A DNA stretch of 41,954 nt from Thermoplasmata archaeon (GTDB lineage Archaea > Thermoplasmatota > Thermoplasmata > Lutacidiplasmatales > UBA184). Position 1 is the stretch's first letter. The number at the start of each line of letters is the position of its first letter. The translations under genes and the position numbers were made by a program. Of this stretch, positions 17,960 through 25,978 are shown one piece after another. The stretch spans positions 1 to 41,954 of the forward strand of contig JASHQX010000002.1 in NCBI GenBank assembly GCA_030038895.1, given 5' to 3'. The notes beneath the pieces are model-generated. The model made no database searches. It worked only from the letters and a program-made list of their open reading frames with translations, and was not told where the DNA came from.

Positions 17960-18702
17960 GCGAGCGCAACCGGCTCCGGTCCCTCCTCACGCTCGTCTGG
18001 CTGAATGGACTCGTCCCGATCCGCGACCAGCCGCTCTACATCCTCAACCTGCTCGCCTCGCCTCTGTCGTTCCTGTTCTTCATCGCGATCGTCTCCCGCG
18101 GCGCGCTCATCGCCTACGGGATCACGGGCGGGATGATCCTCACGATGCTCTCGGTGGGGACGGGACTGCAATCGGACCTCACGCACTACCGAATCGATCT
18201 CAAGTTCCAGGACACCGTCGTCGCCTCGCCGGTCGAGGCCCCGGTCTACGTCGGCGGGATGGCGCTGAGCGAGTTCGTCTACTCGTTCCCCGGTCTCGCG
18301 GTCTTCGTCTTCCTGTTCGTCCTGGCCCGCTTCGCTAACCTCTACACGCTCGCGGTCCTCGCCGGGGTCCTCGTCCTGGTCTGGGCTTTCGCGAGCGCGC
18401 TCGCTTTCACGCTCGCGACGTACTTCCGAGACGTCCGCGAGACGTTCCTCTTCAGCCCGCTCATCTCGCTCGCCCTGACGGTTCTCCCGCCGGTCTACTA
18501 CCCCATCTCCGCCCTTCCCTCGTGGGCCCAGTTCGCCGCAAAATTCTCTCCGACGACCTACGCCGCCTCCTTAGTCCAGGGCGCGGTCGGCCTCGCCCCG
18601 CTCTCCGAGCTTGGCGCGGCGATCGACTGGGGCGTCCTGGTCGGCTTCACGGCCGTCCTCTTCCTGATCGCGGCTCTCAAAGCGCGCTGGAAGGAGCCGT
18701 GA
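17956..18702 (+). CDS. ABC-2 type transporter permease
   Basis: About six hydrophobic segments and PPVYYP...PSWAQ...SPTTY motif. ATGA overlap with the ATPase gene. Confidence 0.88.
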   Translation: MSERNRLRSLLTLVWLNGLVPIRDQPLYILNLLASPLSFLFFIAIVSRGALIAYGITGGMILTMLSVGTGLQSDLTHYRIDLKFQDTVVASPVEAPVYVGGMALSEFVYSFPGLAVFVFLFVLARFANLYTLAVLAGVLVLVWAFASALAFTLATYFRDVRETFLFSPLISLALTVLPPVYYPISALPSWAQFAAKFSPTTYAASLVQGAVGLAPLSELGAAIDWGVLVGFTAVLFLIAALKARWKEP

Positions 18703-18785
18703 GGACTTCGTCGGTCGCCCGAGTGATGTCGAACGCATTGCGAGACGCGACGTGTTAAGTACGAGGCGCTCCGTGCCGCCGCGCG

Positions 18786-19025
18786 ATGCTTTCTTTCGCG
18801 GATATCCGCAGCTACGAGACCTCGGACGAACGGTTCTCCCGCTGCCTCCTTTGCGGCCGCAACCTCGTCCTTCTACCCGACGACCGGCGGGGCGGATGCT
18901 GCTTCGACTGCCTCACCCTCTCGGTGCCGACGCCGATGCCGTGCCCGGAGTGCGGTGCGATGATTCCCGGCGAGGACCGTGCCGTCGGGTGCGCGAACTG
19001 CCACTGGTATCCGGTCCCGGATTGA
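18786..19025 (+). CDS. Small double zinc-ribbon-like protein
   Basis: 79 aa with four CxxC pairs (CLLC, CFDC, CPEC, CANC). TTAAGTA TATA-like element about 25-30 nt upstream. Confidence 0.65.
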   Translation: MLSFADIRSYETSDERFSRCLLCGRNLVLLPDDRRGGCCFDCLTLSVPTPMPCPECGAMIPGEDRAVGCANCHWYPVPD

Positions 19026-19087
19026 GAGGAGCCCGACAGTCGTCCCGCCAAGCTTATCGGTCGAATCCTCTCGTGCGTTGAGGGCGT

Positions 19088-19205
19088 GCCGAGGTGGCTC
19101 AGTCCGGTACGGCGCGAGTCTGGAAAGCTCGTGGCGGAATACGCCTCGGGAGTTCAAACGCCGCGGACGGCCGACCCGTCCCCGCGGAGATTCTCCCCCT
19201 CGGCG
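19088..19205 (+). tRNA. tRNA-Ser(GGA) with a 33-nt intron at 19159-19191 (T-loop, position 59/60)
   Basis: Acceptor GCCGAGG/CCTCGGC with discriminator G. D arm GCTCAGTCCGGTACGGC. Anticodon stem CGAGT/GCTCG with loop CT-GGA-AA. Long variable arm GGCG/CGCC. T stem GGGAG/CTCCC with loop TTCAAA[intron]T. CCA is not encoded. Confidence 0.9.
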
Positions 19206-19260
19206 CTCCCCTTCCGGAATCGCAGTCCCCGACGCTAAGCACGAACGGGCGGCGCGCCCC

Positions 19261-19755
19261 ATGAGCGTAACTCCGGGTGAGGCGGACGCGGCGCTCGGGG
19301 AGATCGAGGCCCGGATCGCACGACGACCCGGCGCGGGGTCTCTCGGCGAGGTGTGCGAGTACCTACGGAGGACGTTCCCGCACTACCGCTGGGTAGGGAT
19401 CTACCGGCTGAACGGCGCGATGCTCGATCTCTCGGCCTGGAACGGCCCGGCGGCCACCGAACACACGCGGATCCCGATCGGAAGCGGTATCTGCGGGCGC
19501 GCCGCGCGCGAGGACCGGACGGTGATCGTCGACGACGTCCGGGTTGCACCGGAATACCTCGCGTGCTTCCGGGAGACGCGCTCAGAGATCGTCGTTCCGA
19601 TCCACCGGGACGGTCGGGTCCTCGGCGAGATTGACATCGACGGGAACGAGGTCGGCGCGTTCGACGGGACGGATCGCGCGTTCCTCGAACGGGTGGCCGA
19701 GTGGCTCACCGGCCCGCTCTCTTCCGAGGCATCGGGCCGCGGGCCGCACGGATGA
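19261..19755 (+). CDS. GAF-domain free methionine-(R)-sulfoxide reductase (fRMsr/MsrC-like)
   Basis: Motifs WVGIY, IPIGSGICGRAA, YLAC, SEIVVP and GEIDID. True start is ATG 19261; the longer ORF call runs through the tRNA. Confidence 0.82.
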   Translation: MSVTPGEADAALGEIEARIARRPGAGSLGEVCEYLRRTFPHYRWVGIYRLNGAMLDLSAWNGPAATEHTRIPIGSGICGRAAREDRTVIVDDVRVAPEYLACFRETRSEIVVPIHRDGRVLGEIDIDGNEVGAFDGTDRAFLERVAEWLTGPLSSEASGRGPHG

Positions 19756-20479
19756 GCCGTCGATCCATGGTTCGGATCGCATCGGCGAGAGCTGCGTGCC
19801 GGTCAAAGGGGGGCATGGCCCGGGCGGACCCCCGACGAACGAGGGTCGAGAGGTCGTCGCCGATATTCCGTAGGGCCCTACGAACCTCGTCCACGATCGG
19901 GAGATCGGCGGTCTGGCTTGTGCGGGAGAGCGGGTTAAGGTCGATGGAGATCACCCGCTGGCCGCGTGCCCGCAGCGCGGCGGTTCGGTCCCCGTCCTCG
20001 AGGGGCACGAGGCAGACATCGGCCCGGTAGATCCCCTCTCGGTCGGCCGTCGCCCGATCCGACGGGAGACCAGGGATCCGCACGGTCGGCCGGACCCCGA
20101 GGACCCGGCGGACCCCGGCGGAGCGAAGAGTGCGGGCGACCGCGCGTGCACGAGCCGGGGTCCGATGGAACAGGTTGACCTCGACCCCGAGGCGAGGATG
20201 GATCCGTGCCAGCCGGGCGACTTCGTGGGCGGCGAGCGCGACGACGTTGCCGTTGACGCTCACCACCGGCCGCTCGGCGGCCCAAAGCCAAAGCGCCGCG
20301 ATCCGCTCGGCCCGGCGTGCGCTCGCCGTCGTCCGCTCACCGAGGAAGTAGTCGAACGCCTCGCCACGCCCCTGGGCAATCAGGCCCTCGGGGACGACGA
20401 GCCCTTCCCGGAAGGCCCTCGCGAGGCCGGCGCGCACGATGAGGCTCTCGTAGCGGGGGTGCCGCCGTGACAGGCGCAT
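19706..20479 (-). CDS. Phosphopantothenate synthetase (4-phosphopantoate--beta-alanine ligase), archaeal CoA pathway
   Basis: Motifs HPRYESL, GLIAQGRGEAFDYFLGE, SVNGN, EVNLFHRT, LVPLEDGDR and IDLNPLSRT. Confidence 0.92.
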   Translation of the reverse strand: MRLSRRHPRYESLIVRAGLARAFREGLVVPEGLIAQGRGEAFDYFLGERTTASARRAERIAALWLWAAERPVVSVNGNVVALAAHEVARLARIHPRLGVEVNLFHRTPARARAVARTLRSAGVRRVLGVRPTVRIPGLPSDRATADREGIYRADVCLVPLEDGDRTAALRARGQRVISIDLNPLSRTSQTADLPIVDEVRRALRNIGDDLSTLVRRGSARAMPPFDRHAALADAIRTMDRRLIRAARGPMPRKRAGR

Positions 20480-20492
20480 CGGCCGACAGGAC

Positions 20493-21230
20493 TCAGCCAG
20501 GAGGTGGCGAAGAGTCCGGAGAGTCGGACGTTGCGCTCTCTTCGGAGGCGCCGAGGCGGCTCTCGAGCGCCGCGATCCGGTCCTCGAGCGGCTGGAGTCC
20601 GTCCTCGAGTACCTTCGAGAGGGCGAGCTTCAGGCTCTCCTCGAGCGCCACGATGTCCCTACCGAGGTCGATGATCCGCCGCGCATTCTCGTTGAGGAGG
20701 AGTCGGCTCTGGGTCGAGACGCGGTAGGTGTCGGAGAGGTCCTTGGTGAGCTGGTGGGAGGACTGCGCGAACGCCTCGATCGAATCGCCGACCGGCTTCC
20801 ACTTTGCGTCCAGATTCGCTCCGAGATCTTTCGTGAGCTGTCCGGTCATCGAGTCGAACCCGGTCGAGAGTTCACGAGAGACCCGCTCGACGACCGCCGA
20901 TTCGAGGTTATCCATCCGGTGCTTCACGTCTTCCCCGAGCCCCTGTTCGGACGCCTCGAGGCGCTGGACCCGATCCTCCATCGACTGGAGACGAGCCAGG
21001 AGGTTCGAGTAGACCGTGTTCACGATCGCGTCAAAGTGGCTCTGGTTCGACTCCATCGCGCGGAGCAGGAGGTGGAGGACCCAGTGCTCGCGACCCTTGG
21101 TCTCGGCAATCGGGCTCCTCTCAAGACGGTCGCGGACCTCCCGGTCATCGATGAGGGCCTGGAGTTCCTTCAGGACCTCCAGACGGAGGTTGGACGCGGT
21201 CTGAGGGGTCGACGGGGGCCGACCTGCCAT
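20493..21230 (-). CDS. Hypothetical all-alpha coiled-coil protein (about 245 aa)
   Basis: Heptad-like segments (LQSMEDRVQRLE; LEDRIAALESRL). Start set at ATG 21230 because TATATA lies at 21256-21261. Confidence 0.7.
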   Translation of the reverse strand: MAGRPPSTPQTASNLRLEVLKELQALIDDREVRDRLERSPIAETKGREHWVLHLLLRAMESNQSHFDAIVNTVYSNLLARLQSMEDRVQRLEASEQGLGEDVKHRMDNLESAVVERVSRELSTGFDSMTGQLTKDLGANLDAKWKPVGDSIEAFAQSSHQLTKDLSDTYRVSTQSRLLLNENARRIIDLGRDIVALEESLKLALSKVLEDGLQPLEDRIAALESRLGASEESATSDSPDSSPPPG

Positions 21231-21255
21231 CGAGGAGCGATGGGTCCTGCAGTTG

Positions 21256-21261
21256 TATATA
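21256..21261 (-). promoter_or_regulatory. Putative TATA box for the coiled-coil protein gene
   Basis: TATATA 26-31 nt upstream of ATG 21230. Confidence 0.55.
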
Positions 21262-21535
21262 GATTGGCCGATAGGTGCGCTACCTGTGGAGCGCGTTCCG
21301 GTCGACGTCTTCCAGCGACCCGGAGAAATGCCCGCGCGGTTTCGGGGGTTCCCGGACAGTTCCCGGCGACGCCACGACGGAGCGCACGGTTTGAAACCTC
21401 CATCCCGTCGGCAAGTGAAGCCAACTTGACCCACAGTATTTTGCCTCTCGGGAAATGTCATCGATGAGCTGCCTACCTCAGGGTATCCTTGGGAGGACGA
21501 CCCTGACGCGGGCCGGCCCAAACGGAATCAACATC

Positions 21536-21712
21536 ATGCCGCGACCTCCGAAAAGTAAGGCAAAGCGAAGAGTTGGCCTGGCCGTTTACCTCGAGCCCGC
21601 GGTGCTCCACAGGCTCAAGAATGAGGCGGAGAGGGACCGTCGGTCCACCTCCACCCAGGCCGCCCTCTATATCGAGGAGGGCCTGGGCATCCGTCGGAAC
21701 AACAGCCGGTAG
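21536..21712 (+). CDS. Small ribbon-helix-helix (CopG/Arc-like) DNA-binding protein
   Basis: 58 aa: basic N-terminus, alternating beta strand VGLAVYL, helix PAVLHRLKNEAERD, turn RRSTS, second helix QAALYIEEGL. Confidence 0.7.
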   Translation: MPRPPKSKAKRRVGLAVYLEPAVLHRLKNEAERDRRSTSTQAALYIEEGLGIRRNNSR

Positions 21713-21742
21713 CACTACTACTGCGGCGCACCGACGCGCGAA

Positions 21743-22897
21743 TCAATCCTCGAACTCCGGGCCCAGGAGCTCCTGGGCGATGATCAGGCGCCGGATCTCG
21801 GAGGTCCCGGCCCCGATCTCGAGGAGCTTCGCGTCCCGTGCGAGTCGTTCCAGGGGAAGGTCGCGCATGTACCCGTACCCTCCATACACCTGGATCGCCT
21901 CGAGCGCGCACCGGGTGGACGCCTCCGAAGCGAACGTGAGCGCCGCGGCCGCCGCCCGCCGGCTGCGGTCATCGGACGCGACCGCGTCCAGCGCGCGGTA
22001 GAGGAGGAGACGCGACGCCTCGAGGTCGGTGTACATGTTCGCAATCTTCTCCTGAATCAGCTCGAACCGGCCGATCTTCTGTCCGAACTGCTCCCGGAGC
22101 CGAGCGTAGTCGAGGGACCGGTCGAGGCACTCGGCGATGATCCCGACCGGGATCGCCGCGAGCACGGCCCGCTCGACATTGAGCCCGCTCATCATGATTC
22201 GGGCGCCGTCGTTCTCCTCCCCGATCCGGTACTCGGCCGGCACGCGCACTCCCTGGAACGCTAGCTCGCCGGTCGGCGAACCGCGCATGCCCATCTTGTC
22301 GAGGCTCTTTGCGACCGAGAACCCTTCCATCTCCCGCCGAACGAGGAAGGCGCTGATCCCGCGCGACCCGCGATCCGGCGCGGTCTTGGCGTAGACCAGG
22401 AGGAGGTCAGCGACCGGCCCGTTGGTGATGAACTGCTTCGTACCATCCAGCACGTAGGCGTCCCCGTCGCGGATCGCGCGGGTCCGGATCGACACGGCGT
22501 CCGAGCCCGCGTTCGGCTCGGTCAGCGCGAGGGCGCCGATCGCCTCCCCGCGGACCGCCGGCGGGAGGAACTCTTCGCGCAGCCGGTCGGACCCGTTGCA
22601 CGCGAGGTTGTTCGCGAAGAGGTTCGAGTGTGCTCCCACGCTGAGCGCGAGCGCCGGGCTCGCGCGAGCGATCTCCTCGAGGATGATCGCCTGCGCCCGA
22701 TAGGAGAGCCCGAGCCCCTCCCACTCGGTGGGGATCGTGATTCCAAGGAAGCCGTGCTCCCCAAGTCGGCGGAACACGTCCCGGGGGAAGTAGTCCTCCC
22801 TGTCCATCCGCTCCGCGATCGGGGCGATCTCCTTGCGGACGAACGAACGCGCTGCCTCGGCGAGTTGGCGCTCCTCTTCGGTCAGCGCGATCTCCAT
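21743..22897 (-). CDS. Acyl-CoA dehydrogenase (isovaleryl-CoA dehydrogenase-like)
   Basis: Motifs ALALTEPNAGSD, GTKQFITNG, KMGMRGSPT, REQFGQKIG, GGYGY and RDAKLLEIGAGTSEI. Confidence 0.92.
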   Translation of the reverse strand: MEIALTEEERQLAEAARSFVRKEIAPIAERMDREDYFPRDVFRRLGEHGFLGITIPTEWEGLGLSYRAQAIILEEIARASPALALSVGAHSNLFANNLACNGSDRLREEFLPPAVRGEAIGALALTEPNAGSDAVSIRTRAIRDGDAYVLDGTKQFITNGPVADLLLVYAKTAPDRGSRGISAFLVRREMEGFSVAKSLDKMGMRGSPTGELAFQGVRVPAEYRIGEENDGARIMMSGLNVERAVLAAIPVGIIAECLDRSLDYARLREQFGQKIGRFELIQEKIANMYTDLEASRLLLYRALDAVASDDRSRRAAAAALTFASEASTRCALEAIQVYGGYGYMRDLPLERLARDAKLLEIGAGTSEIRRLIIAQELLGPEFED

Positions 22898-22948
22898 GTC
22901 GCGAGGGACCCCCTCCCGGCCATAAGTGTTGTCCCGGACCCTTGACTC

Positions 22949-24520
22949 CTACCGTCGTCGGGCGGGGAGTGGGGCGTATCGCAGACCAATGCGGCGCAGC
23001 CACTCCGGAAGACGCTCTGGAAAGTCAATGCGGTAGTGGGCGCCCCGGCTCTCCGTTCGGGTCCATGCGGCCCGGGCGATGAGCGTGGCGGTCAGGATCG
23101 CATTCGCGAGCGGTCCGGGCAGGTCGTCTGGCCGGGCCGGCTCCGCTACCCGACCGAGGCGCTCGAACGACGACAGGGCGGACTCGAGCCCGGTCGCGGA
23201 CCGCACGATCCCGACGTCGTTCCAGAGGATGTCCCGGACCTCTTCGAACGCCGCGACCTCCCGCCCCTTGCCCTCGCCCGGGCCCCACGGGACGTCGACC
23301 CGCGGACCGGAGTGTTTCGGGGCGCCCGGGAGCGGGTGCGCAAGTTGACGCGCGACCCGCTCGCCGAAGACCAGACCCTCGAGGAGGGAGTTGCTCGCGA
23401 GGCGGTTCGCCCCGTGGACGCCGGTCGACGCGACCTCGCCACACGCGTAGAGCCCTCGAACGTTCGTGCGACCCTCGAGGTCCGTGGTCACGCCCCCGAT
23501 CATGAAGTGGGCCGCCGGAGTTACCGGGATCGGGTCCCGCGAGGGGTCGAGTCCGTACGTCGCGAGGAAGTGGCAAATCGAGGGGAAACGGGTGAAGAGC
23601 CGGTCGCGCGGAATCCCGGTGGCGTCGAGGTAGACGCAGGGGTGGCCGGTCCGCTGCATCTCGCGATCGATCGCCCGCGCGACCACGTCGCGGGGCGCGA
23701 GTTCCGCGTCCTTGTGCTGGCGGAGCATGAACCGCTCGCCAGCGTTGTTGCGGAGGACCGCCCCCTCACCCCGCAGCGCCTCGGTGATGAGGAACCGGGG
23801 GGCTCCCTCCCGCCAGAACACCGTCGGGTGGAACTGGATGAATTCCATGTCGGTCAGAAGCGCCCCGGCCCGGAAGGCGATCGCCACTCCCTCCCCGGTG
23901 GCGATCGACGGGTTCGAACTCTGGCGGTAGAGGCTCCCGGCCCCCCCGGTCGCAAGCACGACCGGTTGTGAGGTGAGAACCTCCGCGTGGCGTCCCTCGG
24001 CGTCTGAGAGGACCGCGACGGGACCGTCCCGTCCTCCCGGGCGCAGCGCGCGCAACGATGTGCGTTCCCGGACTTCGATCCCGGCCGCGAGAACGTGGCG
24101 CTTCAGCGCCTCCTCGATGGAGAGACCGGTTGCGTCCCCACCGGCGTGGAGGATCCGACGTCGGGAGTGCGCAGCCTCCTGACCGAGCGCGATTTGCCCC
24201 TCCACCGTGTCGAAGGGAACGCCGTACCGCACGAGATCGGCGATTCGCGCCGGCGCCTCCGAGGTAAGTACCCGGGCGGCCGCCCGGTCGACAAGTCCCG
24301 CCCCCGCACGGATCGTGTCGTTAAGGTGCCGGGCCGGGGAGTCGTCCGGCCCGATGGCGGCGGCGATCCCGCCCTGGGCATAGCGCGTGTTCGATTCCTC
24401 GAGCCGTGCCTTCGTGATCACGGTGGGGTGGAGGCCGAACTCGTGCGAGCGCAGGGCCACGTAGAGTCCCGCGATCCCGCTCCCGACGATGAGGGGTCGC
24501 CGCGCGGCCCGGGTCGTCAC
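22949..24520 (-). CDS. nadB: L-aspartate oxidase
   Basis: Motifs GSGIAG, SNTRYAQGGIAAA, HSRRRILHAGGDATG, QFHPT, ELAPRDVVAR, HGANRLASNSLLEG and ESRGAH. Confidence 0.92.
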   Translation of the reverse strand: MTTRAARRPLIVGSGIAGLYVALRSHEFGLHPTVITKARLEESNTRYAQGGIAAAIGPDDSPARHLNDTIRAGAGLVDRAAARVLTSEAPARIADLVRYGVPFDTVEGQIALGQEAAHSRRRILHAGGDATGLSIEEALKRHVLAAGIEVRERTSLRALRPGGRDGPVAVLSDAEGRHAEVLTSQPVVLATGGAGSLYRQSSNPSIATGEGVAIAFRAGALLTDMEFIQFHPTVFWREGAPRFLITEALRGEGAVLRNNAGERFMLRQHKDAELAPRDVVARAIDREMQRTGHPCVYLDATGIPRDRLFTRFPSICHFLATYGLDPSRDPIPVTPAAHFMIGGVTTDLEGRTNVRGLYACGEVASTGVHGANRLASNSLLEGLVFGERVARQLAHPLPGAPKHSGPRVDVPWGPGEGKGREVAAFEEVRDILWNDVGIVRSATGLESALSSFERLGRVAEPARPDDLPGPLANAILTATLIARAAWTRTESRGAHYRIDFPERLPEWLRRIGLRYAPLPARRR

Positions 24521-24601
24521 GCGCCGGTCACCGCCTCGCCCTGTTAAGACGGTTGGCGGACAGGCGGTCGTCTCCTATACCCCGAGGTGTTGGGACGTCC
24601 C

Positions 24602-25978
24602 ATGAAGACGGGCTCGTCCTCGCTCGAGGAGGCCGCCTGGAGGTCGGCCGTGGCGGTGCGGGAGGACTCCACCCTCGCAACGGAGCTCCGTCACCGCTGG
24701 GATGCCGTCGTCCCGCGTCCGTCGGTCAGCGTGACCGACCTCATCGCTCCTCGCCGAGCGTTCTGGCGGGCGCGCGTCGGGCCGGTCCCCCCGACACCCG
24801 AGCGGCAGGCGCGGCTCGATGCCGGTCGGCGGGTTCACCGCGTCCTCGAGCGTCTGCTCGCTAGGGAAGCCGCCCTCGAGGTGCGGGTCCGCCGTGAGGG
24901 GATCGTGGGACGAATCGATGCCCTCACGGACCGGCCGATCGAGTTCAAGACTACCACGACAGCCCCACCGACCGACCAACTCGTCGAGGAACGGCCCGAG
25001 TACATCGAGCAGCTCGCCCTCTACTGCGCGCTCGCCGACCGGCCCGTGGGTCGGTTAATCGCGGTCGCGCAGGAAGGTTCTCCCGCCGACCGCATGCGAA
25101 CCTGGGACGTGCGGTTCCGAGACCCTGGCGGTCTATCCCAGGAGATGCGCCGTCGTGGCGAGGTCCTCCGGGCGGCGATCGTCTCGGGACAGCCCTCCCA
25201 ACTCCCGCGCTGCCGCTGGTTCGACCGCGGGTGCGAGTACCGGGCTATCGGCGCCTGCGACTGTTCCGGCACCGAGTCGGGAGAGGTCAGCGACCTGGGC
25301 TTGCAACGGGCCGAAGTCACCGGCCGGGCCGACGTGGATCAACTTCTGGGGCCCCGGCTCGCGGAAGAGCTCCGATCGGCCCCGGTCTCCCGCTTCGCCC
25401 GGTTCCGGGACCTCGTCTACCCCCGGCGGACGTTCTACGAACGTACGCGCCCCGTCGAGGAAACCGGCTCGGGCGAGGGTCCATCGGCACCCCTCTCGAC
25501 ACCGTACGAGCATCTACTCGAGGCGATCGAGAGCGGGCCAGTGGGTGAGGTCGCCCGTCTGCCGACCCTTTCCGATGAGCCCGAGGAGGAGGTGCCCGCC
25601 CTGCGAGGAGTCCCGTACCTCGCTCGGACCTCCCGATCGTTCGTCCAGCCCCGGGCCGAGGAGATGCTGGCCCGCACCCCACAGTACGCGCTCGAGCTGG
25701 GCTTCCGGTGCGCCAGCACCGGGACCCGCGTCGGCCGGGTTATCCTCGCCCACGAAAAATCAAGCGACCCTGACGAGCAGCTGAAGGTCTTCGAGTTCCG
25801 ATTCGATCCGATCACGACTTTCTCGCGGCTCTGGCGGAGCCGGGCCAGTCAGCTCGAGCGCGCGCTGGCGTCCGGCTCGCCGGGGGACTTGCCGGCCTGC
25901 CCGGCTTGGATGTTCGCTTCTTGCGCCTACCGGGAAGTTTGCGGGTGTGGCCCCGTTTCCGGGCGGTCCCAACGGTAG
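24602..25978 (+). CDS. Tandem-duplicated Cas4/RecB-like PD-(D/E)XK nuclease
   Basis: First half has GxxxH, GRID, EFKT, QLALY and a Cys cluster. Second half repeats the scaffold without the catalytic motif. Start is ATG 24602 (CTATAC about 25 nt upstream) or 24587. Confidence 0.75.
   Translation: MKTGSSSLEEAAWRSAVAVREDSTLATELRHRWDAVVPRPSVSVTDLIAPRRAFWRARVGPVPPTPERQARLDAGRRVHRVLERLLAREAALEVRVRREGIVGRIDALTDRPIEFKTTTTAPPTDQLVEERPEYIEQLALYCALADRPVGRLIAVAQEGSPADRMRTWDVRFRDPGGLSQEMRRRGEVLRAAIVSGQPSQLPRCRWFDRGCEYRAIGACDCSGTESGEVSDLGLQRAEVTGRADVDQLLGPRLAEELRSAPVSRFARFRDLVYPRRTFYERTRPVEETGSGEGPSAPLSTPYEHLLEAIESGPVGEVARLPTLSDEPEEEVPALRGVPYLARTSRSFVQPRAEEMLARTPQYALELGFRCASTGTRVGRVILAHEKSSDPDEQLKVFEFRFDPITTFSRLWRSRASQLERALASGSPGDLPACPAWMFASCAYREVCGCGPVSGRSQR

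Noticed and set aside
18979-19260. N-terminal extension of the GAF ORF
   Set aside because: It runs through the tRNA-Ser gene. The real start is ATG 19261.
21461-21510. Possible C/D-box sRNA or fluoride-riboswitch-like segment (CGATGA...CTGA; GATGAGCTGCCTAC)
   Set aside because: Box C is non-consensus, the internal C'/D' boxes and guide spacing are poor, and no riboswitch 5' element is visible. It would need an Rfam hit.
21231-21521. N-terminal 97 aa of ORF 20493..21521
   Set aside because: Low-complexity non-coding-like translation. A TATA box sits just upstream of the internal ATG 21230.
19190-21720. Integrated element at the tRNA-Ser 3' end
   Set aside because: No integrase is present, I noticed no duplicated tRNA 3' end by eye, and the downstream genes (fRMsr, PPS) are housekeeping.
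14598-25978. CRISPR-Cas locus suggested by two Cas4-like genes
   Set aside because: No cas1/cas2, no effector genes and no repeat-spacer array seen in the window.
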